NCBI GenBank assembly: GCA_017853315.1
Contig: JAFMJW010000004.1
Span: 3,008 to 67,007 of the forward strand
Length of the DNA stretch: 64,000 bases
Reading direction: 5' to 3'
Source of the DNA: Alphaproteobacteria bacterium
GTDB taxonomy: Bacteria; Desulfobacterota; Binatia; UBA12015
Shown: positions 62,253-64,000 of the stretch, one piece after another
Position numbering within the stretch: position 1 is the stretch's first letter
Layout: each line of letters starts with the position of its first letter
Position numbers and translations under genes: made by a program
The notes under the pieces: model-generated
The model's database searches: none
The model's input: the letters and a program-made list of their open reading frames with translations, nothing else
What the model was told of the DNA's origin: nothing

Positions 62253-63569
62253 TCAGCGGCGACGGGGCGCGCCGCCGCGAGCGCCCGTTCCGGGGGACGG
62301 GTGTCGGCGGCGTACGGTCGAGCGCATGCCCGGGTGGAGCGCCACCACCACGTCCATCACGTTGGTGCCGGTCGGCCCGGTGACCACGAGTCCGCCGTGG
62401 CGTCGGAAGAAGCGGTGCGAGTCGTGCGCCGCGAGAGCGCGCGCGACCGCGCCGCGGCTCGCGCGGCGCAGCGTCGCGCCGTCGACGATCGCGCCGGCGG
62501 CAGGAGTCGGGCCGTCGATGCCGTCGGTGCCCGCCGCGAGCAGCGTCCAGCCGGTGCCCGCGAGGAGCGGCGCCGCCGCGAGCGCGAGTTCCTGGCTGCG
62601 ACCGCCGAGACCGCCGCCGCCGCGCACCGCGACCACGCTCTCGCCTCCCGCCAGCACGCAGGTCGGGCGGTCGGGACGGACCGGCAACGACGCCACGATG
62701 CGGGCCGCGACCTCGCGAGCCTCTCCCTCGATGGGCGTGCGCAGGCGTCGCACCACGTAGCCGAGTGCGCGTGCACGACGGCCGGCAGCCGAGAGCGCGG
62801 CCGCGTTCGACGCGAGCACGAAGGCCCGCGCCCGGGCCAGCAGCGCGTCGCCGGGCTTCGGCGTCTCGACCACGCGGCCGGCCACACCGCGCTCCAGGCG
62901 ACGCAGGACCGCGGCCGGCACGGCGGCGCGCGGGACCGCGGAGAGCAGCCATTCGAGCGCCTGCGCGAAGGTCGTGGGGTCGGCGACCGCGGGCCCCGAG
63001 CCGATCGTCGCGGGGTCGTCGCCGACCACGTCGGACACGGCGAGCGTCCACACCGGGCGCGGGGCCGCGATTCGCGCGAGCCCGCCGCCCTTCACCGCGG
63101 AGACGTGCTTGCGCACCCCGTTCAGCGACGCGATCGGAAGCCCGGATCGGAACAGCAGGCGCTGCAGGCGCGCCTTCTCCGCGGCACGGATGCCGACCGG
63201 CGGCATCGACAGGAGAGCGGACGCACCGCCGCTCAGCAGCAGCAGGACCGGCTCGGTCGCGGGACGGCGTCGGAGCGCGGCGACGAGCCGCCGGGTCGAC
63301 GCGAAGCTGCGCGGCCCGGGCACCGGGTGGTCGCCGCGCAGAACGACGATCCCGCCGACCCGAGACGCGCGCCCGCCGCCCGGGCCGGGGAGCGCGGGTG
63401 CCACGACGACGCCGCGCGCGCCGGGAATCGCCGCCGCGGCTCCCCGGGCCATCGCCACCGCCGCCTTGCCGGCCCCCGCGATCCAGGGCCCGGGGGACGA
63501 GTCGGCGCGGCCGACGGGATCGCGTCGCGGCGCCGGGCCGCCGGCGGCCCGGCGGCCCGGGCGCAGCAC
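62253..63569 (-). CDS. glycerate kinase (MOFRL/DUF4147 family); annotated start probably too short
   Basis: AGAGKAAVAMA and C-terminal MOFRL blocks. The conserved N-terminal segment RDAREIFDAAVAGVDPERLVRRWLAGVL is encoded in frame upstream of the GTG at 63569, and I found no ATG, GTG or TTG before it (hand translation). Confidence 0.65.
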   Translation of the reverse strand: MLRPGRRAAGGPAPRRDPVGRADSSPGPWIAGAGKAAVAMARGAAAAIPGARGVVVAPALPGPGGGRASRVGGIVVLRGDHPVPGPRSFASTRRLVAALRRRPATEPVLLLLSGGASALLSMPPVGIRAAEKARLQRLLFRSGLPIASLNGVRKHVSAVKGGGLARIAAPRPVWTLAVSDVVGDDPATIGSGPAVADPTTFAQALEWLLSAVPRAAVPAAVLRRLERGVAGRVVETPKPGDALLARARAFVLASNAAALSAAGRRARALGYVVRRLRTPIEGEAREVAARIVASLPVRPDRPTCVLAGGESVVAVRGGGGLGGRSQELALAAAPLLAGTGWTLLAAGTDGIDGPTPAAGAIVDGATLRRASRGAVARALAAHDSHRFFRRHGGLVVTGPTGTNVMDVVVALHPGMRSTVRRRHPSPGTGARGGAPRRR

Positions 63570-63687
63570 GCCCGCGAGCCAGCGCCGAACGAGCCTCTCG
63601 GGGTCGACTCCCGCGACCGCCGCGTCGAAGATCTCGCGCGCGTCCCGCGACCTGCGGAGCGGGCTCCGGGGCCCGCCCCGGGGCGGC

Positions 63688-63996
63688 TCAGCCGTTCTCT
63701 TCGTCGGACTCGCCGACCGCGAAGCGGCGCAGCCCGCGCTCGTCGTCGGGGCGCCGCATCTGCTTCGCCTCGCGCTCCTGGTCGGACTGGCAGCTGATGC
63801 AGAGCCGGGTGAACGGCAGCGCCTTCAGTCGCTCCTCGGCGATGTCGAGTTCGCAGACCTCGCAGAGGCCGTAACTGCCCTGCTTGATCCGCTCGAGCGC
63901 GTCGTCGATCGCCTGCAGCTTCAGGCGATCGCGGTCGGAGAGGATCAGGCTGATGTCCCGGTCCCGCTCCTCGCTCGCGAGGTCGTAGGCGTCCAT
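63688..63996 (-). CDS. DksA/TraR-family C4 zinc-finger protein (probably 5'-truncated by the window end)
   Basis: CEVCELDIAEERLKALPFTRLCISCQ C4 finger. The N-terminal coiled-coil is too short, so the gene likely starts beyond position 64000. Confidence 0.6.
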   Translation of the reverse strand: MDAYDLASEERDRDISLILSDRDRLKLQAIDDALERIKQGSYGLCEVCELDIAEERLKALPFTRLCISCQSDQEREAKQMRRPDDERGLRRFAVGESDEENG

Positions 63997-64000
63997 GCCT

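Overview
This is a 64 kb window of very high-GC DNA (roughly 70% or more), densely coding on both strands. Many adjacent genes overlap by 4 nt (ATGA or GTGA), which points to translational coupling. By inference it is a high-GC Gram-negative chromosome, possibly Myxococcota-like, given TolC/OmpA envelope genes and a secreted protein with Myxococcus-type cysteine-rich repeats. The backbone is housekeeping: def, msrA/msrB, qor, a SulP sulfate permease, arfB, leuCD, aat, dtd, aguAB, thiD, fabI, purA-serA-serC, folE, and an isocitrate dehydrogenase-family gene. Five regions are less ordinary. At about 10.1-17.9 kb a LolD/MacB-type ABC exporter with an HlyD adaptor has a GT-C (GT39, ArnT/PMT-like) membrane glycosyltransferase wedged between its two FtsX permeases, followed by SDR, GNAT and arfB. 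At about 18.0-21.3 kb there is a compact island of three type II toxin-antitoxin modules (MazF-like, RelE/ParE-like and PIN/VapC-like, each with an RHH antitoxin) plus a nucleotidyltransferase-fold ORF, with a 31-bp direct repeat bracketing the MazF module. Immediately next to that island, at 21.3-22.1 kb, is a dihydropteroate synthase whose motifs match the Sul1/Sul2 sulfonamide-resistance clade rather than canonical FolP. At about 31.5-35.7 kb a coupled four-gene operon encodes an OmpA-domain membrane protein, a small protein, a DUF4407 coiled-coil membrane protein and another membrane protein. Around the pur/ser genes, at about 45.9-59.0 kb, sit two mirror-image TolC + ABC-2 exporters, one of which carries an MlaC-like lipid-binding protein. 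No rRNA, tRNA, CRISPR array, transposase or integrase was recognised. All coordinates and calls were read by eye from the ORF track and the sequence; nothing was searched against a database.
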